Positions 51,101 to 62,872 of a stretch of DNA of 64,000 nucleotides are shown here, one piece after another. A model generated the notes under the pieces. That model was not told the origin of the DNA, ran no database searches, and saw nothing but the letters and a program-made list of their open reading frames with translations. This DNA comes from Podarcis gaigeae (taxonomy: Eukaryota): the NCBI GenBank assembly GCA_964106915.2, contig OZ066919.1, one strand, 5' to 3'. The position numbers and the translations under genes were made by a program. Positions within the stretch are counted from its first letter, which is position 1. The number at the start of each line of letters is the position of its first letter.

Positions 51101-53339
51101 ATGACTTTTTCTTCTAATGTCTGACAATGTTTGTTCCACCGGTATCTACAACAACAGATACCAGCCCTATGAAATCAGCACCACTGCTCACTAACAATGT
51201 TAACCAGCCCCACAATGAAATGTAACCTGCGACACCCTGCGCTACTTTCCATTTAAAACTTCCATTTGAAGCACAGCAGAATTTGGGGAGCCTGCTGTCC
51301 ATCCTGCTAATAAAGACAAGTGTTGGGACCTTTAAAGCTGCCATTCAGCTTACGCCTTTATTAATTTCCATTTTCCTAAACCCATGATACATCATGAAAT
51401 TAGGAGCTGACATTCCTGCAGAAACAAAAATATCTATCAAACATAAAGAGGGAGAAAAAGCGCTCCATTACCCAGAATTTATGGCTTAAAGCCGATCTGT
51501 TTCCACTTTTTTTACAAGCATATGGTTTGTTTTAGATAGCCAAAATGTTATTACAGATCTAGAATTTCATTAGGAGCTATTATGAAATGGTAAGCACTTA
51601 CACACACACAAACAACAGGCTGTGTTTCAGAGCACATAGACACAGACTGGCAACTTATCCAGCTTTCAAGTACCAGAATACATTCACACTGTCAACCCAA
51701 TTCACAAAGAATTGATGGGAAAAGAAGAACAGAGAGAGGCTGGAAGTTCACGTGGTTGACCTGGCTTGAGCAAAGGGAGTTGGTGCTGCAACAGTACCAC
51801 CACATGAGGTACAAGGACAGTTAAGAACGTTTCTGACTGAACCAAATTGGTAGTGCAAGTACAAAAAAAAGCATATTTTGGAAGTTCAATCCACCTTTGC
51901 CTTTTCACCAATTTAAACACTCTCTTTCTTAGCATTCCTGTTTGTTTTTTTTAAGTGAATCATGCCACTTAAGTCAGGCACGTTCCATCAGCAGAATATT
52001 ATCTGTGTTCTGGCCATACCACCTCTCTTCCAAACTCCGACCTAACAAATGAAATCCCCACCCCCTGCAAAGTCTTTTGCGCTGCATTAAGCCTCAGATT
52101 TTGCCCACTGTTGACAGATTAGCAATCCAGGACATGACACTCATTTGCTTAAAGAACCCCATGACACCAGCACCTCAAACACTGAGCCTAGTCATCACAC
52201 TGCACTTTCCAGGCAAGCAATAACTGTTGTATGCCCAAATTGTGCACTGTCTATTTTTGCACTATGTTGTAGTGAACTTGCCACAATGCCAGCACAAGTT
52301 CACTACAACATGAAATACTACAACTATTACTCAAGGAATTATTATGCCATTCCCTTAAACTATAAACAGAGCGAAACCTGTTTCTGTCTGCAAAGCACAC
52401 TGTCACGATCTAACTAAAAAGGAAGGCAAGGATTCAAATTGCTGGTGATGAAATAATAATCTTTTTAATTCTCTCTATCCATTATTATGAAATCTGTCTA
52501 CAATTACTTGATTTGAAAACGTCTGCACATAGCCCCAACTCATGCACAAACATATTTGCATTTATATGGTGGGAACACAGTTTCTCATAGCAATTCTAAC
52601 CTATAAGAGAAACACTAAAAATCAGCTCAACACACACACACACACACACACAGTGTGTGTAGGAAAAAAAGTTATAAATACTCTTACCAAACATGCCTGC
52701 TTTAAATCATTTTGAACACAAAAGTCTGCAGTACTTGCGTTCTAAGGAGTTGGCAGCCCATGAAGTGTTTCTGACCCACCACCCTCAGAGGAAAACACAC
52801 ACGCACATGCACACACAGGCAGCCCCCTTATGTAATTTGCCTACCCCACAAAAAGTCGTCAAGAAACAGATGGGAGGCTGAATCTCAACTGGCCTGTTGA
52901 AAACTTAAAAGAACTTCCCTTTCCAAGGGATTAGGAAAATTCATGAGGGCCTGTGATTTCAGCACTATAAACCCACCCTATATTTCACTCCACCCTCCTA
53001 AAGAAAAAAAAAGCACAACCTCCTTAGCATGATGTCGCTAAGACAAGGAAAAGGGGGGGACGGGACCTAAGGCTCTAGAAACTGTGAGCTTTCTTGCTGA
53101 AAGGAAAAGCTACAAGCTTAACTACCTAAACAACTTCTGAAGAAATCTTGACTTGGGAACACAACAAAAAGAATTACACCGATATCCACAGCGGAACACT
53201 TTGTCCACAATATTGGAGGACCTTATTAGATTACAGAAATAAAATACCCACAAAAACATTCAGACTCTCAAATGTTTATCTGAGCAGTGGGCAAGAAGCA
53301 CTCAAAGATCAGTATAAATTTATTGGCAGTGGATAAGAT

Positions 53340-53930
53340 TACCCTATTCAGTTCAAAAAACCGCAATTGAGAATAATGTATTTCTGCCCCCCGCAACCGC
53401 CCTTGCCATTTTTATAAATAAATATAAAAAAATGAAAGATGCCACGGGAAAATCAGAGCTGACTGTTCTTCCTGCAATAAAAAAAGCCCAGTGCCGCTAA
53501 GAGATGTTTCTGATAAGAGAAAGGGCAGCGTTCCTTACTTAAAAGACATCCTATTTGCACCTCCAAGAGAGGAAGGAAGTCAGAGTTTCAGCGGCAGCAG
53601 CTCATTTCATTCAACAGTTTTTCTCCTATTCTTTGAAAAAGACAAGAAAAAGTCATTTTATGTACAAGGAGCTTGTTTCTTAAACAAACACTTGTGTTTT
53701 TGATTTACACCACAGGCTGCTCCTAAATAATTTATGGCGGGTTAAATTTATTGCATAGCCCTGGCCGGCTGCAAATTCGAATTGCCAAATAATTAGATTT
53801 TCGGGCAATGCTTATAAATTATCCGCCGATTTGTCCGGACTTGTTTGTCAGTCGCTTTGTGCTCCAGGTCATCTTTGGCATTTTGCTGTTTGTGTTTTAA
53901 TTGCTGATTTACACTTTGACAGATGAGAGT
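53340..53930. promoter_or_regulatory. Candidate conserved developmental enhancer (PBX-HOX/MEIS)
   Basis: Two identical TGATTTACAC sites, an adjacent TGACAG, TTTATGG/TTTATTG, retained CpGs, no repeat similarity seen. Conservation not tested. Confidence 0.6.
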
Positions 53931-55841
53931 TGATGCCTCCAAGTTGGGGAGGGGGAGTAAGAGATGTGATAGAAGAATCGGAGATCGTAGAAGGCAGGGG
54001 TACCATCCCCCATCTTTTTTTCAAAGGCAATTAGAAGAAGGGACAGCATGTGGACAGTACTGGCCTAGTGAATTTTTAATTATTATTTTAATGAGAGCTG
54101 GCTGAGTTGAGCAGTCCTACACTGGCCTCCAGGGGTAATGGACAACATGGCTAAACAGCCGTCTGCCCCCACCCCACAGAGAGACACACAAATACACCCT
54201 CAAAAATTCTACAGAACTGACCACACAGACTCATTACAAGAAAGAAAAGCCACTACTGTATTAGTTTAATGAAGGGTCATTAACTATTCCAACACACATT
54301 TACATATATTGCCATTCCAGCTCAACACATCTGTCTTGAAATACTTAAACCGGTATGTTAATCAGGTATACCAAAAAGCCTTTCTAGAGAGTAGTCAATT
54401 CCAAATTACATTTGGTGCAGCTACCTTCAAAAAATAAATATGCATACTATATATGAAACAACATGCACACAGAACATAGAATTTTAAATTTAACTGAATT
54501 GTCAAATGTATATGTGCAGGAGAAGCAAGAAAATGCCAATTACATAAATGCTTAAAAGTCCCATGAATAAGGTTTAACAACACAGTAAAGTGGCATGAGA
54601 TAATGAACCAGACAAAGACAATTATATGCTAATTTCTGCTGCCCGAGTTCTGAATTCTATGCTTTCCCCTGTAACTTTTTCAATTCATAACCTTTGCCAT
54701 TTCACACCATTAATAAATCCTAAATTTAACATACTAACTTAAAGTACTGTGTCCCAAGCATCTCCTCTTCTTAAGTCCAATTCTACAAGATATCTATGAT
54801 TTGGATGCCCTTACACTCTTCATAATATCTAGCTACATTCACTCTGCAGTAAATCATTGGCCTTTGATACTTGAGGTGTGTGCTTTTAGAATTCATCCTA
54901 TTCCTTATAATTGTACAGTAGTTTGTTTTAACTGTTTTTAAGTCTGAAGTTCAAACTGTTGAAACCTGCCCTGGGACCTGCTGGAGAAGGCCAAGTAATA
55001 ATTTATTACTCCTACCACCCCCTTTTAAACACAAAATCATTATCATTCAAAAATTTAGGAACCTCAAAATGCAGTATAGTAACCATCCACTGAGGTCACT
55101 GTTGAATCACAAACCATACTACTTAGTGTGAGCTGAAGTTCACAAGTTTAAAATTAATACAATTTTTCATAAATGAAACAGGGGTGAAGTGTTAAAAAGA
55201 AACTTTATGCAAAGGCCTATAAGACTACACAGGTTGCCTTAGGTGAAGAATCCAATCTGTATAGTTCAACCAACACTGGAAACAAAGAGACAAAATCTGA
55301 ATTTTTAAAAATGTTTAGAAAGAAGGCAGGAATCAAGAATGACTCTTCAACAGGTATTAAGAAACAAGTTTAATATGGACAGAATGCCGCAGAGCTTGGG
55401 ACCCTCAGGCCCATGGGCTGAATGCAGTCCTACAGGCCTCTCTATCCAGTTCTCAGGGCTCTTCCCCAGGTCATGCTCCCTCCACAAATACTTCTGCCTG
55501 GCTGGAATGTATCCTTCAACTGTGATAATGCCTCTTGCTTGCCTGCATAAACCTCTGATTTGTGTGTGACTAAAATGTAGCCTGGTGCACTAATGTAAGT
55601 GCCACATCCACACCCACTTTTGCAATACTGGCATGTTGACTCCAGAAAAGCTGACCATGAGGAAATCCAGCCTTCAGGCTTACCCCTGAAGTAGATGGGA
55701 TACCCATACACAGGCAGCCAGGACACCTTTGGTGAAGGCTGTTCTCCAATTGGAGCACTCACAGATCACAAAAGTAGAAGAAGATGAGGAGGAGGAGACA
55801 CAGGCACTTCTTGTACTATTACATATTTCTTTCCTCTAAAG

Positions 55842-56155
55842 CAGGAATGGCTAACCCCCAGTTCCGGCAATTGATAACAGGTCCCCAAGGAATTTCTTCT
55901 GGCCCCAGAAGACAAGAAGATTTTGTCAGCTCTAGTAAAAAAGGGGGGGAAGTAGACATAGCACTCGTTAATAACCCCCTCCTCAACTAATCTGCACAGA
56001 TCTACTGAGAAGAGGCTGTGTGCCTGTATGTACAAGCAAGATTGTGTATGAAAGAGTGTGGTGTGGCCACAACACCCACCACTGACACGCAACCCTCATC
56101 GAGTGTTGGTCAAGGGTGAAAGGGGCCCTCAGACCAAAAAAGTTAGTCATCCCTG
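55842..56155. mobile_element. Non-autonomous hAT element, 314 bp
   Basis: TIR CAGGAATGGCTAAC / GTTAGTCATCCCTG (12/14). Degenerate TSD ctctaaag / ctttaagg (6/8). Confidence 0.78.
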
Positions 56156-57194
56156 CTTTAAGGCAGATGGTGGAGAATACTGTTTAAGATAGGATACCAG
56201 GCTCAGTAAACTGCTACCTTTATCCTAGCAAGGCTATTCTTATGTGGGAATGTGACAGAGTCATAAAATGGAATGTGCAAGCGAAATGGAGGAACCAGAG
56301 TAATGTAGAAAATAATATTAATGACCTTGAATGTCAGGAAAACAGTATGAACCAAAGCATGTCTCCGAGTCAATTCATATAACCACTGGATGTGTATTAG
56401 CTGCTTGAAATTCCTTTACATGCCAGCTCACTGTCCCTGGCTAACCGCTCCATGCAAATACCACCAGAGCAAAAGTCACATGTCAATAAACAAATGCTAC
56501 ATTGGTACCTGGTTTTCCATATATGGCACTGTCTGTACACCATTGTCTTGTCACAGGAAAAGAACTAGCGGGCAGGAACTTCAAGTAGTTACCACATATA
56601 CGAAATGGTTGTATGAGGTTTCTGAACTCCAAAGAATGTAGTGCATGTGCCTGAGGCATAGACTTAGACAAGGCAAAGAATCTAGGGACACACATGCTTA
56701 GACTTATGATCAAGAATGCCACCCATCAGACTGTATACACTACAATGCAACTACACAAAGCTACTGATGTAACAAGAAATGTCAATTTCGGTGACCATTA
56801 GTGAGAGCCATAATAAAGAAATAAATCTGAGTACCTCCAGAGCACATGGCTCTGGAATTCTTGGGGCACTTTGCTGCCTTTGTAAAAACTAAATTGCTTG
56901 AAGATTGTTACATAGAACAATTACACTAGTAGCAACGTTACATTAATTAAACATTAAACCAAGTAGCACTGCTACAAGCAAAAAAAAAATTAAATACACC
57001 CTCACTAGATGAGATACATTGGACACTGCCTTTTTCTGCTACTGGAGCTGAGCATTTTCTTTTACTGCAGATTTTAAGCTATTAACCAAATTTGTAAGCA
57101 CTAGTAGCCCATGTCAAAGGATTCTTACAAACTTGGAGCTGTGAACGCTGTTTTCAAAGATCCCCCGCAGGGATCTGGCAAGGTGGGGCCTTGT

Positions 57195-57386
57195 CACTGG
57201 CGGAGGAAGGGGAGGAGCGCACCGCCCCCGGCAGCGCAATCCCGGTGGGATGTGATCATGGCTGCCCCCCCCCCGTGCTGGGCGTCACACCCCCGCAGGC
57301 GGCGTGCCATGCCCCCAGGACACCCGCCAGCCCCGCCCTTGCCTGCTCTCCGCCCCCCGTTGCCGGAGCATGAAGCTCCGCCACTG
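57195..57386. mobile_element. Young CpG-rich hAT (Tip100-like) MITE, 192 bp
   Basis: Perfect 8-bp TSD GGCCTTGT (57187-57194 and 57387-57394). TIR CACTGGCGGAG / CTCCGCCACTG (10/11). Confidence 0.9.
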
Positions 57387-57398
57387 GGCCTTGTGTGT

Positions 57399-57476
57399 CA
57401 TAAGAAGCTGCCTTATACCAAGTCAGACCATCAGTCCACCTAGCCATACCTGAAGCACTCTACCACTGAGCTATGG
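57399..57476 (-). mobile_element. Internally deleted Squam3-like SINE
   Basis: On the minus strand the A-box head catagctcagtggtagagtg is joined almost directly to the tail gatggtctgacttggtataaggcagcttcttatg. Confidence 0.7.
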
Positions 57477-60125
57477 AAGAGAAGTAGGTCCAGCACTAGC
57501 AACTGGAATACCTGGGAATTGAGCAAAGAGGACTAACCAGCATTGCTCTCCCCAGCCCTTCCCTTTTGCTGCTGCCAGCCTCCTCTAGAGGAGAAGAAAG
57601 GGAGTCAACTGTAAGCCTGGTAGGAAGTCCCTGCCCGCTCTGAACTGAACTTAATCCAGGCTGCTGTAGGCTCCTAAAGTGCATTTACTAGCACCAGTTT
57701 TGTGGACCAACTTAATTTCAGTTTTTTTGGCATCTTTATTTTGGTTGTCTTAATTATAGATGTCATTATAATACAGAAATTACCCAGTGATTGTTTTTAT
57801 CTTATTTGAATGAATCAAAACCAGTGCAGCTGCTGATTCTCTGCTGGTGGTGGAGGTGGCAAGGCAGGTACGCTGCCCATGTGGGCACCTCCTCACTTCA
57901 CCTCATGGGCAGGACAGCCCTGGTTCTAGGCTACTTGCTCCATATCCCAGCTTTGCCGTGCCTGGCCCTCTATTTTATTTCTGACTTATCGTTCTGATCC
58001 TACAGACTGGTCCCAAACACAACTCCTGGTCCTCATTGTGTAAGCCATCGGGAGTAAGTTGCATTCCATTTTTTAAGACGATGGCTTTCTCAGAATAAAC
58101 CTGGAGTTATGCCCTGAAGCTAAACCTCTTATGCTGAAGTTCACAAGGGCAATGGCTGGTTAGTTCAGGTGTTGCTGTTCTTCAATCTGTCCTGAAGTCC
58201 AGGGCTCTAAAATGAAGCTCTTTAAATAATTTTCAGCAAAGGATTCTGCAAGCATAGGTTAGCTAATCTACACATCAGCCTGTTCTCCAAAAGCACCTCT
58301 CTATATTCACATTAAATGCACACAAGTAAAGATATATAACTTTGACACACAGAGCAAGTTCTCATTTTTAGTAAGATATTTTTGAGTAAAGTCTCTTTAG
58401 TGTCTCTACAGGTTCCAACAAAAAGCATAGCAAGACAGCCCTGGGCAAAGGAATGCATGGTGCAGGTGAGCCCTGGGCACAGTTGATGAAAAGATCCAAT
58501 TGAATAACGTCCAACCTTAATGCACTATCTTCCCCACAAAATATATAGCCAAGCTGCAACGGCACATATTGTTACATATTCCACAGCAAGGACTTGGGGG
58601 GCATAGCTCCTTAAAGTTGTAGTAATAGTATTCCACTCATGCTCCATTTTTACTACCAGCTGTAAAATAGCTTCACATGCATCATGGTTTTGCATCAAAA
58701 TGAACACAAGTCCAAAGGGACACGCTAGAGCAAATTTACAGCTTTGACAGGACTTTGCACCCAAGGCTGGGTGCACAGGAAATAGCCAGAGAAAAGTTAA
58801 GGTTTTCCTGCAGAATTACTCTCAAAAAATCAACCGTGCCTTCCCACAGACACACAGGAGTTTTGGAAGATTGTTTTTAGCCAGTTTATTTCAGGTTACA
58901 GTAAGCCTGTGACGTATGTGCATTTAACTTGTGCACATTCAACTTTGAATGTGTGGCAAAAAATAATAATAATACGGGGCAGAAAGGGGCCAAGATTCCA
59001 GGAAAAAAGACTTTGGCAATCCCACCCACCACTGAACCCAGTGGGTTTCAACTATACACAATTTTGGCTTCAGGCACAACCCCCAGAATGTAATGCCCAT
59101 GTAAGTTTCGGGCTTACTGTTGTTCCTCTTCACACAGCAAAGTAACATAAAAGCAGGCACATCTACAAGATGGCTAATATTGAGCGGCATCTTCTCTAAG
59201 AACTGAGACACAGATTAAAAACACTCTTTGAAACAAAGTAAGAAGAGGGCTTAGAAAGGAGGCTGAAGATGGTAGCGTGATTTACAGTGAATATCACTCC
59301 AGTATTCTCCAGGGCACCAATTATTGAGGAATGAGAAGGAGGGGACCTTAATGAAATCTACACCCCCCACTCTCCAATTCCCCCCCCACCCATTTAAGCT
59401 AAGCAAGCCCCACCCACATTAGTATTCTATAACTTTAGGTAAGAGGACAATACAAAAGGGGTGGGCCCTTGATCCACCACAACCCCCTTCAAGCATTATG
59501 ATCCCATTAGAAACAAACAAATAAAACAAAAATCAGGAGGAAAGTGCTTAAGATAGCTTTAAAATACTTGAATGCTTAATGCATATTGGAAGAAACACAC
59601 TTTGTCAGCCCAATGAAATAATATACTAACCATATCGGCTCACAATTCTAACTGCAAACCTGAATTAAAAACAGCCAGATGACATGGCTCTACTGAAACC
59701 CACAATCCTGAGTGTTCATTACCATGCTGACGAGGGGGCTCATTTTGATTTAGCAACCCTTTCCAATTCAAAATATTAAGCAGGGAGACTAGAGATCTCC
59801 ATAGCCATAACAGTATAGAAATCTCAGCTGCATAATACATAACAGTCATATGCAATATCCTGAGAATCTCCACTTTCATTTTTTAAATTAATTTTCTTGC
59901 CCTGCTTAGCTGTGAATAATGCTGGATTATTCGCATTTAGAAGGGGAAACCAGAAGGGATACATATTGTTTGGGCTTCTGGTGATCATGAAGGAAAGAAC
60001 TAACGCATCTCCCTAGGTCTACCTGCACTCATACTGCCAGAGTATCCCAGGTGTTTCTTTCCCTTCCACTGCTCTGCCAGAATAACTTCCCAAACTGTAA
60101 ATGCCACCATTTTTAATTAGACTTA

Positions 60126-60612
60126 CTGAGCAATCCTAGCACCAGATCAACTTGCTACCTGGGAGTTAGGACTGTGGGGATGTGGCGTGTCCTCTGCTGA
60201 CTGAAAAGAGCTCCAGCGGCTGGGGCCACATCTACTGCAGAGGCCATTACTACACCAGTGAAAAAGCACTTATCTACTGTTGGCAGTGTTCCCACTGACA
60301 GTAGTTAGCATTGGGGCCCCAAAGAGGGTGTTCTGGGGCAGGAGTGCAATTGAGGCAGCCTTGTAATCACTGGATCCCAGGCCCCTTCCCATTCAATGGG
60401 CATCCCCTAGGAATGGTCCTCCCATCCAAACAAGCCTCAAAATAGATCTTCCGGGGAGGGGGGCGCTGGCCAAAATAGACAACCATGAATGCGGGGAGAG
60501 GTAAGTATGCCCCCCCACCTCTCATCCTGGACTGTCCATGCCAGCAGGGGTTTGGGAGTGGTGGACCATCCACCGCTTCACTCCCCATTCCTCCCCACAT
60601 CAGATTGCACTC
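60126..60612. mobile_element. Putative PIF/Harbinger-like MITE, degraded
   Basis: TTA on both flanks; degenerate termini share GCAATC/GATTGC; GC-rich interior. Confidence 0.45.
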
Positions 60613-61283
60613 TTAATCAAGTAACCTGAGCAAACAAAAAAAATTGACTTTCTTAATAATTTTTTAATTTTTTATTGCAGAATATTAAGTATGTGTTGCA
60701 TAGAAACACAGACCCAACTGGCAATATTGGAGCCTACGCAATGTTTCCAGATGTATTTTCCACGAGGATGGTAAATTCTAAGCAAAATTGCGGAAGCAAG
60801 TTGTGCAATCAAGATTGATCCAGAGGCCCAGAACAGCTGGAAGGTACCTTTTAAAGTGGTAAAGAACATTGGACTTCATAATTACCACTGAGTGAGAAAA
60901 ATGCAAACAGGGAAAGTCAACAATTTGAGGTGCTGTAATTCCAGCTCCTCTGTCAAATCCAGCATACGTTCACACTCAAAGCCGTTTCACTGTCTTGCAA
61001 ATTAGGGGAGTTGGCTATTCCCACTGAAAAGAACACAGGCAGTGTAAAGGACAATAAATGCAGTATCACAACTTAGAAAAGATGAGCTTTCCTCCAGAGT
61101 CCATGCTTTCTTAGGAGGAAAGGCTCGATAAAAAAATGCATCATGAAGCTTCTCATGCCAAGAGAAAAACAAAGAGGTGGATCAGCAACTTACAGGAGTG
61201 AACAAAGGGAAAACATATGACAAATTATTATGAATTTCTCTAGCGCTTTTAAATGCAGAATATGTTTCTGTCTTCATAATGAC

Positions 61284-61410
61284 TCTGTGTAGTAAGTAGT
61301 TTCTCATTTTAAAGATGAGGAACTGAGGGTGTAAGAGTGGATTGCCAAAGTGTGAGCTTACGAGGAAGCCTAAGATCTGAATATTCTAATCCAGATTCTA
61401 CATTATCTGC
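61284..61410 (-). mobile_element. MIR/CORE-SINE remnant
   Basis: ctcattttaaagatgaggaactgagg matches the MIR core cccattttacagatgaggaaactgagg. Confidence 0.75.
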
Positions 61411-61567
61411 TAGTGAGATACAGATATCTCAAAAAAGGAAAAGAAAAATGCTTAGGAAACAACTACTCTTCAGATGCAACACGTTGGAAGACACAGATTG
61501 CAAAGCCCTCAATGCCAAACAGAAGGTCTCCTGGAGAAAACTAGACATACTAAAGCCAAACAATTAC

Positions 61568-61836
61568 CTGTGGATGGATTTGCGGCTTGTCACATGTGGC
61601 CTCAAAATCCAGCACTAAGAAGTAGTGATACCTCTGCGGGGGAAAGGATGACATTGCTGCCATGGAAGCAAAGCCGTGAGACGCCAGTTTCCCGGTTGAA
61701 GTGGAACCGTACCGCTGGAGAAAAAACCGCAGAAGGGAGCACAGAGTATTCCTTGCTCTTGGGAGTAACTTGAGGTGAAGCCTTGCTGCTGTGGTACGGA
61801 CAAGTGCTACCATTGAACACCTAGCAGCATCTGGAA
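61568..61836 (-). CDS. ERI3: ERI3 coding exon (equivalent to human exon 3): N-terminal extension plus ExoI motif
   Basis: 269 nt. Acceptor tctcttctctcaag|TT, donor CAG|gtaatt. Encodes (V)PDAARCSMVALVRT...ASMAAMSSFPPQRYHYFLVLDFEATCDKPQIHPQ. The C-terminal part matches vertebrate ERI3 as recalled and contains the DEDDh ExoI motif VLDFEAT. Confidence 0.97.
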
Positions 61837-62300
61837 CTTGAGAGAAGAGAGAGAAAGAAGCTGGTGTTACTCCCAGATACACACTTTACAGATCAAAATT
61901 TGTATTTCCATGATGGCAGTAAAGTATTTGGGTGGAGAGATGGAAATTAATTCTTATTAAAATAATATTTATTTAAAATACGTACACCCTGCCATTGAAA
62001 CAAAGGATCCACAGCAACAACAAAATAACTAGAACAATAAAAATGCAAGAATCAAATCATTAAAATATCATATAATGCAGTTCAATAAAACAGCAGGAGA
62101 AATAAAAACCCTTTATACACCTCCCTTCCCAAATGCTTAACCCCTGCCCCCCAAAACCCTTTTTTTATACTTGCTACCAAAAAACAAAATTAGAGCTAAG
62201 AGAGCATCTGGTGAGCACAGTAACTATAAGCAGCCAACACTAAAAGTTACTATGCCTGGTCCAGTTCAGACTCAACAATGGATATGACAAATGGACTAGC

Positions 62301-62400
62301 AAATGGGTCAGCAAACTAAGGCCCAGGGGCCGGATCCAGCCCAATTGCGTTCTGGATCCAGCCTGCGAATGGTCCACAGCGTGGATTGGCGTGGGGATTC
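62301..62400. mobile_element. hAT MITE terminal fragment, related to the 26076 family
   Basis: atgggtcagcaaactaaggcccaggggccggatccagcccaat is related to the reverse complement of gggccttaggttgcctacccctg at the 26288 end. Confidence 0.65.
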
Positions 62401-62418
62401 TGATCTAATGCTGTGCCA

Positions 62419-62421
<3 letters not shown>

Positions 62422-62458
<37 letters not shown>
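62422..62458. repeat. (CA)n microsatellite
   Basis: Directly visible. Confidence 0.97.
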
Positions 62459-62459
<1 letters not shown>

Positions 62460-62759
62460 GCGGTGGTGCCTCCTCCCTCCCTCCTCCAGGCTTCTCCCCG
62501 CCCTGCCTAGAGGAGGAAGGGGGCTGGGCTTTGTTGAGCCGTGGTTGGCTGAGCACCATTTTAAGCAGCCCCTCTCTGGAGCCAGCCCTTTCACACCGCT
62601 CATCGTCTGTTGGTCCGCCACCACCAGCCCCTGCCACTCGCAAGGCACAGGTAAGCAGCCACTGGGGCTCGTCCAGTGCTGTGGAGAAGGGAGGGGGGAG
62701 TAGAATGAGTAGAGTTGCACATAAACTAGGAAAACACATGTTCAGCTCCCTTCTAGAGT

Positions 62760-62872
62760 ATGAAGCTCACAGGGTGACCTTGAAGAAGTCACAATCTCTC
62801 AGCCTAACCTATCTCAGAGGATACAATGCAGGGAAGACTATGTACATACAATGAACTCCTTGGAGGAGCAAG
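62760..62872 (+). mobile_element. Squamate CORE-type SINE fragment
   Basis: gggtgaccttgaagaagtcacaatctctcagcctaacctatctcagagg...aactccttggagg. Confidence 0.65.

Noticed and set aside
57150-57400. CpG-island promoter
   Set aside because: The GC-rich segment is bounded exactly by TIRs and an 8-bp TSD, so the transposon insertion explains it.
62303-62854. 183-aa and overlapping ORFs as possible upstream ERI3 exons
   Set aside because: They span a hAT fragment, a (CA)n tract and a SINE, show no similarity to the ERI3 N-terminus, and have no convincing splice-site pair.
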